A stretch of DNA of 61,873 nt, the filler included. It is 12 parts of 12 records of this genome, joined end to end, with 100 filler letters (N's around TTAATTAATTAA, not from the genome) between each part and the next. Parts side by side here need not be neighbours in the genome. Positions count along the whole stretch, not along the records: positions 8,433 to 13,680 come from SRR15195285_2991; positions 13,781 to 17,216 come from SRR15195285_2993; positions 17,317 to 21,567 come from SRR15195285_2996; positions 21,668 to 31,980 come from SRR15195285_2997; 8 more parts are not named here. The stretch is one strand, 5' to 3'. Shown here piece by piece: positions 11,401 through 22,990 of this stretch (positions are counted from its first letter, which is position 1; every line of letters begins with the position of its first letter). The notes beneath the pieces were generated by a model. The model saw only the letters and a program-made list of their open reading frames with translations. It made no database searches and was not told where the DNA came from. Made by a program: the position numbers and the translations under genes.

Positions 11401-13323
11401 TCGGCTGCGGTTGGTCGGTTGACCGCACTGCCTACTGGTTGTAGCTCAGCAAGCTTAGCGGACCGCTTCGCGACCGCAGTGTTTTCGTCCAGCTCGCCTG
11501 GCTCGATCTCGGCTCCGGCTTTGTTGCGGATAATGTTGTAGTCGGTTGCCAATTGCACGTCGGCGCTGGTTACCCCTGGTACAGTCGACCAATCTGGCTC
11601 TGAGGCAGGGACTACACCCTTCTCATGTGCCCACGGCGAGCGCCAGTGCAGTGGGTGCGGCTGGGGTTCGTTGATGAGCAGCTCCTTCTTGAAGCCCTTC
11701 CGCCGCGCCATGTCGTAAACCATCTGCATGAAGTGCAAGGCGCCCTCTTCCTTCAGAATTCGCACTGGCGTCTTGTGTGGGTCAGTCGCTGTCGTTTCGC
11801 CAGCCGCCCGAAGCTGCATGCCGACCTGCACGTTGGTGATGGCCGGGATGACGGAGCGGAACGTCACCAGGTTGACGACGGCCAGCTTGTTGACGGTGTC
11901 GCGCATCGGGAGTGGCATCTTCGTGTTGTCGCCGACCCGCCAATCTGACGCGGTTGACACCGTCTGCGTCGCCTTGTCGGCCTGATCGATGAGCCCGAGC
12001 GCCCTCTGCAACATCCTCACATCGCGGTCCTTCGCCCCCAACTCCTTCCGGGTCTTCGCAAGCGCCTCCTTCAGTGCTGGGTAGCCGGCAAGCCGCGTCT
12101 CTAGGTCGGCCATCTTTGTGTCGTTCTCCTTCTTCCGCTCGGCTGCGGCGCGCTTGTTCACCCGCGCCCGCTCCTTGTATTTGCGATTCTGACGAGACAA
12201 GAGCGAGAGATTTAGAGGTGGAGTGGGCAATTCGCAACAAGACAAGGGCAGATGCAGCTCACCTCCGTCGCCAGGTGGTGCTTTTCAGACAGATGCACCG
12301 CCCTGCACGCCAACAGATCTTCCTCCGCCGCCGGCGCGAGCCAGCGAACGGAGGCGAGCGCAATGAGGCGCTCAACGCGCTCTCGCAGCACAGCGCGCGT
12401 GTACACGTCTGCACAGTCATTCAGGAGGTGCGAAAGCACCCGCTGAGCAACATCATCCATGCACGGTGGGTGTGTGAACACAAACTGTGCCACGGGCACC
12501 GACGCACGCATCGCGCCCTCTTCGGGCGCCACGAAGCAAACCCTGCGACACACCGTCATGTCCATCCGCGCGTGCACCCAATCAGTCGGCCCAAGGGTCG
12601 CACAAAGCTGGCGAGTGGAAGCGAGTATACTCACAAACAGCGAGACAGGGAGACCTCTGGCACCGGCTCCCAGCGCATTGACTGCGTGCGCACGTGATAT
12701 CTGCCCTGGACGCGCCTGACGTGCGTGCCGCCCAGCGACTCGCCGTCCCACGGCTCCCACTCGACCGTCACGCTGTTCGCCGGCGGAGGAAGTGCGGCGA
12801 TGCGAGCTTGTCGCACATTTGATGTCACGGGCTCGTTGCCCACCGCCAGCACCTGCCGCAGCGCATTGATGCGGTCGGCGTCTCGTCGCAGCCGGTCCAG
12901 CGCGTTCTTGTACCACCGCTCGTTCCTCTTCGCGCATGTCTTGCAGCTCCAGTGCGCGGTGGCGAAGTACGTCCTGGTGAGCTCCGGCGACAGCCTGTTC
13001 TTCACCAGCGCAAAGAGCTTGCTGTCCGTGTCGCGCGACTGCCCCGGGAAGAAGTGGGCGCTCGCTGCCTTCTCGTCCGTGTCCCGGCACAGCACGAAGT
13101 CGATATGACGGCCGAGGTTGCGCTTCAACCCACCCATCGTGGCCCCGCAGAACGTGCAGATCTTGCTCTCGTTGGGCCGCTCCTGCTCGCTCCCCTCGAA
13201 GCGGTCGATGAGCTTGCGGAGCTTGCCGTCGGGGCTACCGCCCGCCTTTTTCTGCGCCGCCGACACCGACCTGGCGACGGCAACAGCGCCGGAAACCCGC
13301 GGCCGCTTCTTCTCGAACGGCAT
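8433..13323 (-). mobile_element. Large spliced hAT-like DDE transposase gene, 3'-truncated (>1575 aa); exons 13323-12635, 12542-12263, 12188-<8433
   Basis: Motifs in the hAT-type order: D1 in DMIGGDAVG (~10908), D2 in KLLGDNENTNSGHHSGL (~10639), CxxH in LIGCNLHILNL (~10490), RSRFW (~10240), E in DTFDIERG (~9511). N-terminal Cys/His clusters (CTFC, CKTC, CLVC). Both introns have canonical donors (GTGAGT, GTGAGC) and CAG acceptors that keep the frame. Confidence 0.7.
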
Positions 13324-13680
13324 ACCCGCAGTAGCGCACCTGTGATGTAGGTGACCCCAGAATGGGGTCCACCACGGAGACAGCACATCAGCGGCGGACA
13401 CTAGCGATGCATGCGTGCGAGCAAGCCGATGGATGCTCACCCTGCGGCTGTGGGAGGGCGCACCAGACAGGAGCTGCGTTTGCGACCGCCGGCAGTGGCG
13501 CGCGCGCCGCGGGCGCCTCGGCTCCTGTGCATGACGGAATTCGTACTGCGCGCGCGGTCCTGAACTGTCGGAACTCTATGAGCGCGAGAATGCATCAAGC
13601 ATCATCGATTCATCGTGCCTAATCCCGACATGTACGACGATTGAATCGACTGCGGTGTTTCCGCGGGATCCCAAATCGAT

Positions 13681-13780
13681 NNNNNNNNNNNNNNNNNNNN
13701 NNNNNNNNNNNNNNNNNNNNNNNNTTAATTAATTAANNNNNNNNNNNNNNNNNNNNNNNNNNNNNNNNNNNNNNNNNNNN
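13681..13780. other. Artificial contig spacer 2
   Basis: N44-TTAATTAATTAA-N44. Confidence 0.98.
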
Positions 13781-13978
13781 CAACCTGGGCACTGATGCAG
13801 TCTCATCGCGACGGCGTACGCGGCGGTCGGGTCATGCACTCGCGAGAGCTAGCCTGTGAAGGCGATGGTAGGATGCGTTACATATGCGTTCTCAATGTGT
13901 GCTACTAGTAGTGGTATGGAGAGAGCCTGTATATCAGCAGGGCCATACAAGTCGAAGGATGTGCCACAAAGCAGCTAG

Positions 13979-16900
13979 ATGATCAAGATGCATCCGATGG
14001 GTGCCCACCGCCGGTTGCTGATGGTGGCGGCACTCTCGCTCGTCACCATCACTGCGGCGGCACTGGCGGCGGAGCTGCACGTCTCACCGACCGGGAGCGA
14101 CGTCAGCGGCGACGGCTCCGCAGCTCGGCCGTTCGCCACGCTTCCCGTGGTGCAGGCCGCGGCGCGGAAGGCGCTGCAACAGCGGCCGCTGACGGCTGAC
14201 GTGGTGGTGCGCGTGCACCCGGGCACGTACTACCAGCGCGAGGCGCTGCGGTTCTCCAGTGCAGATGCTGGGCGCGACGGATTCAGGATGCGCTGGATTG
14301 GACCGGGCCCAGGCGCTGGAACAGATCCCGCAACGGCGGCGGTGGTTCACGGTGGCGTCCGCGTCGGCGGCTGGAAGCAGGTGGGTGACGGCCCCGTGTG
14401 GACGGCAGACGTCTCCGCTCTCGCCCCAGCGCCGTCGCCGCTTGGCTCCACCGGAAGTGACGACAGCGAGCCGTGGCGTTTCTTCAATCTGATCGAGGGT
14501 CAGCGCGGCGCAGTCCTCGCGCGTCACCCGGACTTCGGGAGTGGCTACCTGAAGGACGTTGGCTGCAACAACAGTCAGACGTCGCTCCAGTGTCCGGTGG
14601 GCGTCCTCCCCGATGAGCTCAGCGTCGCAGACGCGTCAGTCTTCGCGAACGTCGGCGGGAATTGGTTCACCGCGACGCTCTCCGCCACGGCTGTGGCCGT
14701 CGATGCGGCGGGGCGCGTCAACGTTACCTTTGAAAAAGACACCGGGCTGCTGCAGGCGAACAACAAGATCTACCTGCAGGGAGCGTGGCAGCTGATCTCT
14801 GAGGCAGGGGAGTGGGCGCTTGACTCGACCGCTCAGCCTCCAACGGTTTATTACTGGCCGAGAGATGCCACTGCCTTTGTCGCGGGGAATGCCCATATCG
14901 TCGCAACCACGACCACCCGAGTCCTCGACTTTCGCGGCGAGAGCTGGGAGCCACCACCACCGCGAGCAGCAGCGCTAGCTGACGGTGATGATGATGAGGC
15001 TGATAGCGCTGACGGTGGGCTGGTTGCTGGGGTGGACGTGAGTGGTCTGGTGCTCTCAGGGTCTGATTTTGGCGCAAACTTTACGCTGTTCGATCGCACT
15101 AACGACACGCCAGTGAAATACAGGGAGGGGATGGTACGCTTTGAAAACTCAAGGTGCGTCGTTGACATGCGAGATCATGCATACATGAGGAGCCACATGC
15201 ATGCGCTTGCATACATGCATACCACGATTTGATCTATTCTCCGTGAGCCTGTTGTGTAGAAAGTGACGCAGCCGCCGTTTGGATGTGTGTGGATGATGGA
15301 CGCACGTAGCGACTGCTCGCTCAGTGACTGTGCCCTCCTCGACGCTGGGCACTCCGCCATCTGGCTACAGGTGCGCGCGTGCGACGTGGCACCGTTTTCC
15401 CCATCTTCTCACGAAACACGATCACTTGCCAAGACAAGCCCGGGACAAACCTAAGGGAATTTTTACGGATTTTTCTTCCGTTTCGTACCACAGGGGTACT
15501 CGCAGAACCACACCATTAGGGGCAATCGTATCGAACGCCCAGGGTTCTGCGGGATGTATTTTCAAGGGATCTATCCAGGTGACACGTGGCCTATCAGCAA
15601 CGGCTTTGGACGTGCTCCTAACGGTACCACTACCCACCAAGGGCCGATAAGATCCGCGGCAGAGGCTGACGTGAACAAGTGGCACGTGATCAGTGATAAT
15701 TTCATATATGATTACGGGCGGCGGGTCGGCCACGGCTCGGGCATGTGGTGGTTCCAAGCGGGGACGATGATCGCCACTCACAATCACATCCAGGAGGGCC
15801 CACGTGATGCTTTCGGCGTCTATGGGGTGCGGTTTGGCTCGCTCGGAACGCCAAATTATGGGGTGAACAAGACGTTTTGGACCAGCATGGACGTTTTGCA
15901 TACACGGCATATCGAGATCAGCTATAATCGTGTCCTCAACGCTGTACGGGACACCTCTGACGCAGGTGCGTTGGAGTACTGGGGCGTTGGTGCCTGGAAC
16001 AGCGCGCACCACAACTGCTTCTCTGACATGGATCCTGGCATACCAGAAGGCGCATGGATGAACTTTTTATTCCAGGATGACTTCGCAAACTATCTGAACT
16101 TTAGCTCGAATATTCTCTTTGAGTTGCATGGCGCGGGAAGCCAAGAGGTGGGCATGATCAAGTCTGTTGGTTCTGTGTTTGAGAATACGATCATTGCCGA
16201 CTGCAGCCTGGGACACCTCTTCAACATGTGCCCCTTCCTCGAACCAGCGGCCAACATGATCTATCGCCGAAACCTATACGTGAATGTGACTACCACCGGC
16301 GCGGGGGCCTGTGGTTCGTGCCAGGGGCCGGACGGCATGCAGTCCAAGTGCATGGCTGGCTGCCCATCCTGCTCCAAGCACCAGCCTGGCTGCAACCACA
16401 CGGCAATGACGGAGTGCCGACACGCCTGCAAGGCGATCTGTGATGTGGCGTGTGGCAAGGCGAAGCCGGTGCCAGGGCAGCCGATGCCGCCTGTGCCAGG
16501 AGGCACACTGGACACGACGATCAACTCCAACACTTTTGGAAGCCTGACCAAATCATCCAGGCTGTCAGGGAGCCGTAATTACGGTTTTGAGGCCGGCCCT
16601 CCGCCCGGCTCCGACTGGCCGCCACTCAGCGTTAACGATAGCGTGATCAAACAGTGGGATTTGAACAGCTACTACGGCGTGAAGAACTACACGGGGCCTA
16701 CTAGCCCCAGCTGCCCTGCGGGTATCTGCAATATGAGCAACTATTCACATGGCGAGTCGGCAGCATGGGACGCCCATGCCATGTACGACATCGACCCGAT
16801 GCTATCACGCAGCACGCATTCGATTGCTGCGCCCTGGGACCGCACCTGCACCGACTACACCCTCTCCAAGGAGTCGCCTGTCTTTTCCGCCCTTGGATTT

Positions 16901-17216
16901 CGTCCCATTGAAGACATAGAGACGATCGGTCTGCGAGCCACATATTTCAAGTGGGAGCAGGCGGGGTTGCGTGGGCAGAGTGGTATGTGGCCTGAGAAGG
17001 TCCAGGCGGAGCGCTATCAGCGACAGCGTGGGCTGTGGCGTCAGGGCTCTTTCTGCATCTCTGAAGGGGATGTCTCCAAAGGCTTCGGCTGGGCAGCGGA
17101 CGGCCAGAGCTGGGCCAAATATGAGCGCATCACAGTCGACTGCGGTGATGGCGGCGGCAGCACTGGCAGCACCAGCAACGATAATCCAGCAGCAGCAGCA
17201 GCAGCGGCAGCAGCGG
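13979..17216 (+). CDS. Secreted right-handed beta-helix protein (GH141/pectin-lyase-fold-like) with the start of a C-terminal CBM6-like module; 3'-truncated; exons ~13979-15153, 15310-15370, 15494->17216
   Basis: Signal peptide RLLMVAALSLVTITAAALAA; N-terminal LHVSPTGSDVSGDGSAARPFATL..VVVRVHPGTYY; ARHPD; LISEAGEWALD; beta-helix repeats (ISDNFIYDYG, ISYNRVLN, DTSDAGAL); VQAERY..GFGWAADGQSWAKY resembles CBM6; GT-AG introns restore the frame. Confidence 0.75.
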
Positions 17217-17316
17217 NNNNNNNNNNNNNNNNNNNNNNNNNNNNNNNNNNNNNNNNNNNNTTAATTAATTAANNNNNNNNNNNNNNNNNNNNNNNNNNNN
17301 NNNNNNNNNNNNNNNN
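17217..17316. other. Artificial contig spacer 3
   Basis: N44-TTAATTAATTAA-N44. Confidence 0.98.
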
Positions 17317-18028
17317 TGACAAACCCCTCTGAGGAAACGCACCGTCTCTTCGATTCTGGACGACCTACCTGAATATCTTGGCCCGGTATACGCTTCAATC
17401 ATCGCGACGGTACGAATGAGTCTGCCATCTGTGAAGCTGTACATGGCTAGTATCTTTGTGGACGGGGAGGAGATCGACAACAAGAATCACGCCACTATCG
17501 CAAAGTATGACCGACAATCTCCTTCTGCAATATGTCTACACGCCGCAGCGCCGTTCTATTGCCATCGTCTGACTGGTTGACATTAAAATTGTCCGTCGAC
17601 CTCACACCGAGATGGACAACTCAGATTATGTTCTCTGTGTGGCTGGGTAACGCTGGTTTGAGATTGTGTAGGTATGTAAGGGCTTTGAAAAGTGTCTGCG
17701 AAGCTCAAACGCCGCCTGTGCCTATGATTGATCTATTCGAGCTCGACTTGGAGTACTAGCAGGCGAACATCTGCATGAACGAGCACGGTGGCGTGCTTAC
17801 TGGCGCAGGTACATGCATCTTTCCCGATTCTGCATTTTGTTTTTGTGCAGTGGCGACCACCACTGTGTCGTTGGTGCTACAGTTGCTGTACTCAGTGTCT
17901 AGATTTATTGCTAACAGACTCTTCGTTTCGATTGGCCGTGGTCGTTGATAGGAATCCATCCGTACACGCCTCAAGGAGCGATGCTGCTGGCAAATGCGCA
18001 TGCTCGCGGGATGTTGCTCGCACTGTGA
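17317..18028 (+). pseudogene. 3' part of an SGNH/GDSL hydrolase-like gene with an in-frame TAG (17757-17759); exons ~17317-17504, 17672-17808, 17952-18028
   Basis: Spliced product ..YASIIATVRMSLPSVKLYMASIFVDGEEIDNKNHATIAKYVRALKSVCEAQTPPVPMIDLFELDLEY*QANICMNEHGGVLTGAGIHPYTPQGAMLLANAH.. matches the SGNH C-terminal pattern (IDL..GILT.DG[VI]HP..G..L.A) on both sides of the stop. Confidence 0.55.
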
Positions 18029-18091
18029 CCATTCACCGCGGAGTCGGTACAACCACAGGAATGTTTAATGCATTGGCCTATCCTTGCAACA

Positions 18092-21000
18092 TCATTTCGC
18101 ATCCATCCTGATCGCAGCCATTCTGTCCTTGTAGTAGTCCGAGATGGCCTGGAGCTCTGCATTGCCCGCTTCTTTCGCAACCTGCCATCGCTCTACTTCC
18201 TCGGCTAGCGCCTCCGCCTCTTCCGAACCCTGGAGACCAATCGCACCCATCCAAGGCGATAAGCAGGAAATCTGAACCGGCAACAATACCTGCCACGACC
18301 TAGACGATGCACAGAGACAAGAAACAACTCTGCTTACCGGTGCTGCGGCTTCCAGCTTGGCCATCGCTTCGCCTTCAGCCGTCATTGCATCAGATATCGC
18401 AGTTAGTACCGGATTGCTTACGTTGAGTTGGCTTGTCAATGTCTGCGTTTGACAAGGGCAGCAACACCACCGACCGAAATACCAGTAGTAGTACCACCAC
18501 CAGCCCAATTGCGTTAGGTTCAGCGGTGCATCATCCATCAATCTTGGTTTGGCAATGCAGGTATGCGTCGCGAGGACATGAGCGGTCGTGCAAACTTACC
18601 GCCACCATAGCCTCTGCAGTGACAGCCGCTGCCTCGTCTCCAATAGCTTTTGCATCGATTAGTGCATTCGAAGCCTTCGATACCTCGATCTGTCACAACA
18701 ATGTAACGCAAAGCAGATGCACAAATGAATCATACACAAATGAATACTTCTAGCTGTGAATGGACCACTGGTTAAAGGAAACACAAAAAATCGTAAGGCA
18801 GTGGCAGCAAGTAGGAGAAGCAATCGCCATTTTTATGCTAGAAGCCGTCAATGAGATGCGGCTCGGCACCCACCGAGAGGAAAAGCGTCAAGAAATTGCG
18901 GATCCCAAACCCACCGCAGCCGGGCTTGACTGGTAGCGCACCTGTCGAGCGCAAGTATTGCATCTTATGTGTAAGAACGGATGCCCGAGCATTGTGAGAT
19001 AAGTTTGCGCACGCACATCCGTCCGGTCCGCATTTGTTAGAGCATACGCGCTGAATGAATTCCAGGAACGGGGCCTCCTCTCCCGGTGCCGCGTTGAGCA
19101 CAGGTGCAGTGAAAATCTGGTATAAGCAGTCCTCTGTGACAAAACACAAGATTCGATCGGCAAACGGTATAGCAGGCGACTGTATCAGTAGATGTAGACG
19201 CAGCAGCAAAGGCGGGAGGCAGTACGTGGCATCCGCTACGACTGTCAAGTGGAGATCCTATTTGTCGCACCGCCTTGAATATCCACGAGAATTTGGTTCC
19301 GGACGACCTCAATGTATTGCTCCTCATTCAGGTGGTCGCGTAACAGCGAGTAGAGGTTGCAATACCGAGCCCGTTCTACAACCTGCGCGGCCGCCAGCAG
19401 CACGTTCTCCGAGAGGCCTGGAAGGTTTGCAGAGCGGATGCTGGCAGCCACTGAGCCCACTGTCAGATCAAGCTTAACAATACCAGCGTCGTCAACAAGC
19501 CCTGTCACACAGCGATCTCTGTCAACATCTGTTCTATGCGATAGTTGTTTGTTTGTCAGGGAAAATAACAGTGGGGAGAGTATTGAAATTGCACGCACCA
19601 TCTGCGGTTACAGCAGAGAGTACAGCCGCTGCACTCTCCTCGCAGCCATCCATGGCTGCGCTGAGGTCTGCCAGTGTAAGGCGCCCGTAGTAGGACCGTG
19701 GGATAGATAAAAACACTAGTCCCTTCTGTGTTGCATCTCGGTAGGCGTTCGCGCGCTGGATAAACGAAACGAGATCTGGAACACGCGATGCAAGATGCTG
19801 GATGCCCTGCCCAAGCTGATCGATAAAGAGGGCCACGTGGCCGACGTCTGAAAGGGCGTTGTTGGTCGGAAGGTAAACCTGCTGCTGGTTGATCAGCATG
19901 TCCTCCGCCGTACTAAGCTCAACCCCAGGCGCGTTGCCTGCAACAGAGCAGCAAAGCGCCGGACCAGCATGTGTCAGAAAGCAATACTATCTAGCGCCGC
20001 TACACTGCCGTGATGCTACTACAACTAGTACATGTGCTGTGAAGGGCGCACCTGTGACCGTTGATTCAATGATCGCCTCGCCTGCCGCAACCACACCAGC
20101 GTTAAAGTCAACCTTTGGCGTGAAGCCCAGTGTATCGTTGAGCGTGTCCAGGAAGCCCGTCCGGTCGACGACGTTGGAGACCCAGTGGTCGGAGTAGGCG
20201 GATGTCACGCTCGGATCGGGGAAGTGCGGTGCAGGCGACACCGGCTGAAGGCCTGGAAGCACCGCCTCCCCTGGATTAGCGCGCTCGACGAAGCGTAAGA
20301 CAGTGCCCCGGTCTGCAACGCCCGGGTTTTCTGCGCTGTAGTACGCGAACACCTCTAGTATGCGCGTGCGATCGGCCCCGGTGCCGTAAACATGGATGAG
20401 TTCACTGCCAGACTCTGCCATGCACAGTGGCGCGTGTTTCTGCGCGTACGATGCCGCGATACCTTCAAGGGTACCCTCCCCGTGCACCTGGAACGCCAGC
20501 ACTGCGACGCCAGGACGCCCAGCGTGACAGCTCAGAAAACGATCGATGTGGTGCTTCGCGAAGTGATCGAACGGAGGGGTGGCAGCGTCCTCGGCCTTTG
20601 CTAGGACCTCTGCGACGGCAACGTCGGGCATGCAGGCACCCAGCGATGCAGGGTCGCGCGGCGCGGTGGCCACGAAGCGCACACCACGCGGATCCGCTGA
20701 ACGGACCAGCACAGACTCAGTGGTCGCGCCTGTATGGCTGGCGCACACGCGCCAACCCGCGCCCACGATCATCTGCTCCACCACATCCTGGCCGAACGGT
20801 GTGTACGGTGCCCTCGAGTCATTCGCAGCACTGCTGGCAGTGGCGGCCCAGCGCTCCGCGAGGCGCTCCCGCTCGTCCCGCGTCGCGACCGCAGCACCAG
20901 TGCCCATCGCGGCGACGTCAGCCTCGAGCTGCTGGTACTCGGATAAGGGGCGCAGCGAGCTCACGTACATCTGCACGTGGTCGAACGCCAGGTTGTTGCC

Positions 21001-21177
21001 TTGCTCCAGCTCCACTTTGCCGGCACCGAGGTTCCGCTGGGGCGCACCGGCCTGGTCAGTCGACAGCCCTCGGCGGAGAGGTCGATCGCGAGCGCCGCGC
21101 CGTGATGCCCCCCCAGCCACGTGCCGGGCACCGACGCGATTCCGCAGCCCCAGAGCGTGCACGCCCCGCCGCATCAT
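18092..21177 (-). CDS. HPD: 4-hydroxyphenylpyruvate dioxygenase-like protein (about 7 exons) with an Arg-rich N-terminal presequence
   Basis: AFDHVQMYV; metal ligands in DHWVSN, GIQHLA and FLEFIQR; ILVD, LYQIFT, GCGGFGIRNFLTLFLS-IE. These are canonical HPPD motifs spread over ORFs 19987-21387, 19534-19899, 18838-19248 and 18092-18541. Confidence 0.85.
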
Positions 21178-21199
21178 TGCCCCGGCGACCAAGTGCCAC

Positions 21200-21480
21200 C
21201 ACCCACAGCGAGCGGCAGCGGCACTAGCGACGGATGCAGCACCAAGCGCCAGCAAGTGCGCACGCAGCGAGTCACAGCAGCAGCGACGGGCAGCCACAGC
21301 GACGGGTAGCCGCAGCAGCCACAGCCGCAGCAGCAGCAGCGACGGGTAGCAGCCACAGCAGCGACGGGCAGCAGCAGCAGCCACCACAGCAGCAGCCGCA
21401 GCAGCTGTCGCCGCTGTCGCCGCCCTTGATCAAGTCGAACGCCACCAACAGCGCCACCAACAACGCCACCAACAACGCTA
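21200..21480. repeat. Compound CAG-rich low-complexity repeat
   Basis: About four copies of AGCGACGGGYAGC among (CAG)n runs, then CAACGCCACCAA-type repeats. Confidence 0.7.
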
Positions 21481-21567
21481 CTCGCCCTTGTGGAGTATAT
21501 ATATAAATGTATATATATATTGAACTCACTGATCAAGAAATGCTGCAGACTCCGCGGACCGCCCCGA

Positions 21568-21667
21568 NNNNNNNNNNNNNNNNNNNNNNNNNNNNNNNNN
21601 NNNNNNNNNNNTTAATTAATTAANNNNNNNNNNNNNNNNNNNNNNNNNNNNNNNNNNNNNNNNNNNN
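21568..21667. other. Artificial contig spacer 4
   Basis: N44-TTAATTAATTAA-N44. Confidence 0.98.
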
Positions 21668-22120
21668 CCAGAATCAATGATCCCCGGTGCACTGGGTATT
21701 CCGCATTCGTGACGTCACTCTTCCGCCGGGGACAAGTGCGATCGTCAACAGGCGTCAGTTGAATTCCGACTGTTGAAGCGGCCGGTGCGGCGGACATCGG
21801 GAACCAGGCGGATCCCTATCGAGTACGTCGTACGCCCTTCGGTGTGTGAGCACCCGCAAAACGGACTACAGAATGGTACTATATCCCAGTGCAGACTACA
21901 TATATATTGTACATATGTGTAACCCGGCGCTTGATTTTGCATGACTGAGAACCGACCTGGCGGTGGTCCGCCCAGTTTGGGCCTGGCGATGGGCGTCTGA
22001 ACCGCGGCCGACTGGGGCGCACAGCGGGGATTGCAGCGAGCTGGGCACTACGCACAGACGCAGCGGGTGGGCGTGGGTCGATGTGAGCAGAGGTGGCGGG
22101 CGTGGTTCGCCAGGTGAGCG

Positions 22121-22849
22121 ATGTGCGCCTTCGCGAATCCGTTCGCGCTCAGCCTGCGGCAGGCGCATCTGCAGCGGACAGGCTTTCAGAAGACGAAGCA
22201 GGCGGATCACGGCGAGCACTACAGTGGATGGCAACCCAGAATCCCCCGCGTCAACCACCTCGATCCGGCGGAGCGCGTGGCGCATATGCATAACGTCGAG
22301 TCCCGGCGGCGGAGACAGCAGCTGATAAGCCATATGACCCAGTGCAAATCGGACATGCGAGGCGACAACGAGAAGGCGCGAGGGCCGGGCGTACCCGCTG
22401 ATGCCCTGGACAGGTGGTCCCGGACACGGAATCTCAACCACCCTCGTGTTGAACCGACTACGAAGGAAATGATTCAGAAGGACCTGGAGTTCATTAAGCG
22501 ATCGAAAGCGCAGATGGCAAAAATTGAGCGCGAAAAGAAATTGCCGCTGCCGCACGTGGTCTCCAGAAATCCAACATGGAAGCAGATGCACCTTGAGACT
22601 ATGCAGCGAAGCTTCTCAGCGCTCGCGCAGCTAGAGTCGACGGGCGAGAATTTTGATCCAGCGGCCACCATAAATGTGGAGCCGCGACAAGCTGCGGATG
22701 GCTGCGACGGCGAAGAGGGGATGAATCGCAGTGCAGGTGGCGAAGGTACAGAGTCGGTGTTTCGAAAGAGCGCTGTCACTTTCGCAGCCGCTACTACAGA
22801 CAGCATCGACAATTTTTGGGAGCAGCGCGAAGCAGATTTATTCAGCTAG
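22121..22849 (+). CDS. Hypothetical protein (true start probably in upstream exons)
   Basis: 242-aa ORF with natural composition; GTGAGC donor at ~22114 and CAG acceptor at ~22162 suggest splicing; no family recognised. Confidence 0.5.
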   Translation: MCAFANPFALSLRQAHLQRTGFQKTKQADHGEHYSGWQPRIPRVNHLDPAERVAHMHNVESRRRRQQLISHMTQCKSDMRGDNEKARGPGVPADALDRWSRTRNLNHPRVEPTTKEMIQKDLEFIKRSKAQMAKIEREKKLPLPHVVSRNPTWKQMHLETMQRSFSALAQLESTGENFDPAATINVEPRQAADGCDGEEGMNRSAGGEGTESVFRKSAVTFAAATTDSIDNFWEQREADLFS

Positions 22850-22990
22850 CGTAGTGGTGACTTTCAATGTGCACCCACCGCCATGTTAAACGCGTCACAT
22901 TTGACAAGCGCGCACACACGCACGCACTTGCGCAACACACGCACATTTTCGACTTACGTGTTTTGGACCTACGCAAGCATGCGGCATGTG

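Noticed and set aside
8433-13323. Fanzor/TnpB RNA-guided nuclease
   Set aside because: No RuvC-I (DPG), RuvC-II/Zn-ribbon or DRDxNA motifs were found; the motif order fits a CxxH-type DDE transposase
13560-13680. Terminal inverted repeat of the transposon
   Set aside because: Short ATCGAT/GATTCA-type repeats are present, but the other end is missing, so no TIR or TSD can be shown
17757-17759. Genome-wide TAG reassignment
   Set aside because: ORFs of 1000-2800 aa contain no in-frame TAG, and several genes end at TAG
21177-21536. Cys/Ala-rich N-terminal extension of HPPD, or a separate Cys-rich peptide
   Set aside because: Translation of a CAG-rich simple repeat; the ATG at 21177 gives a more plausible start
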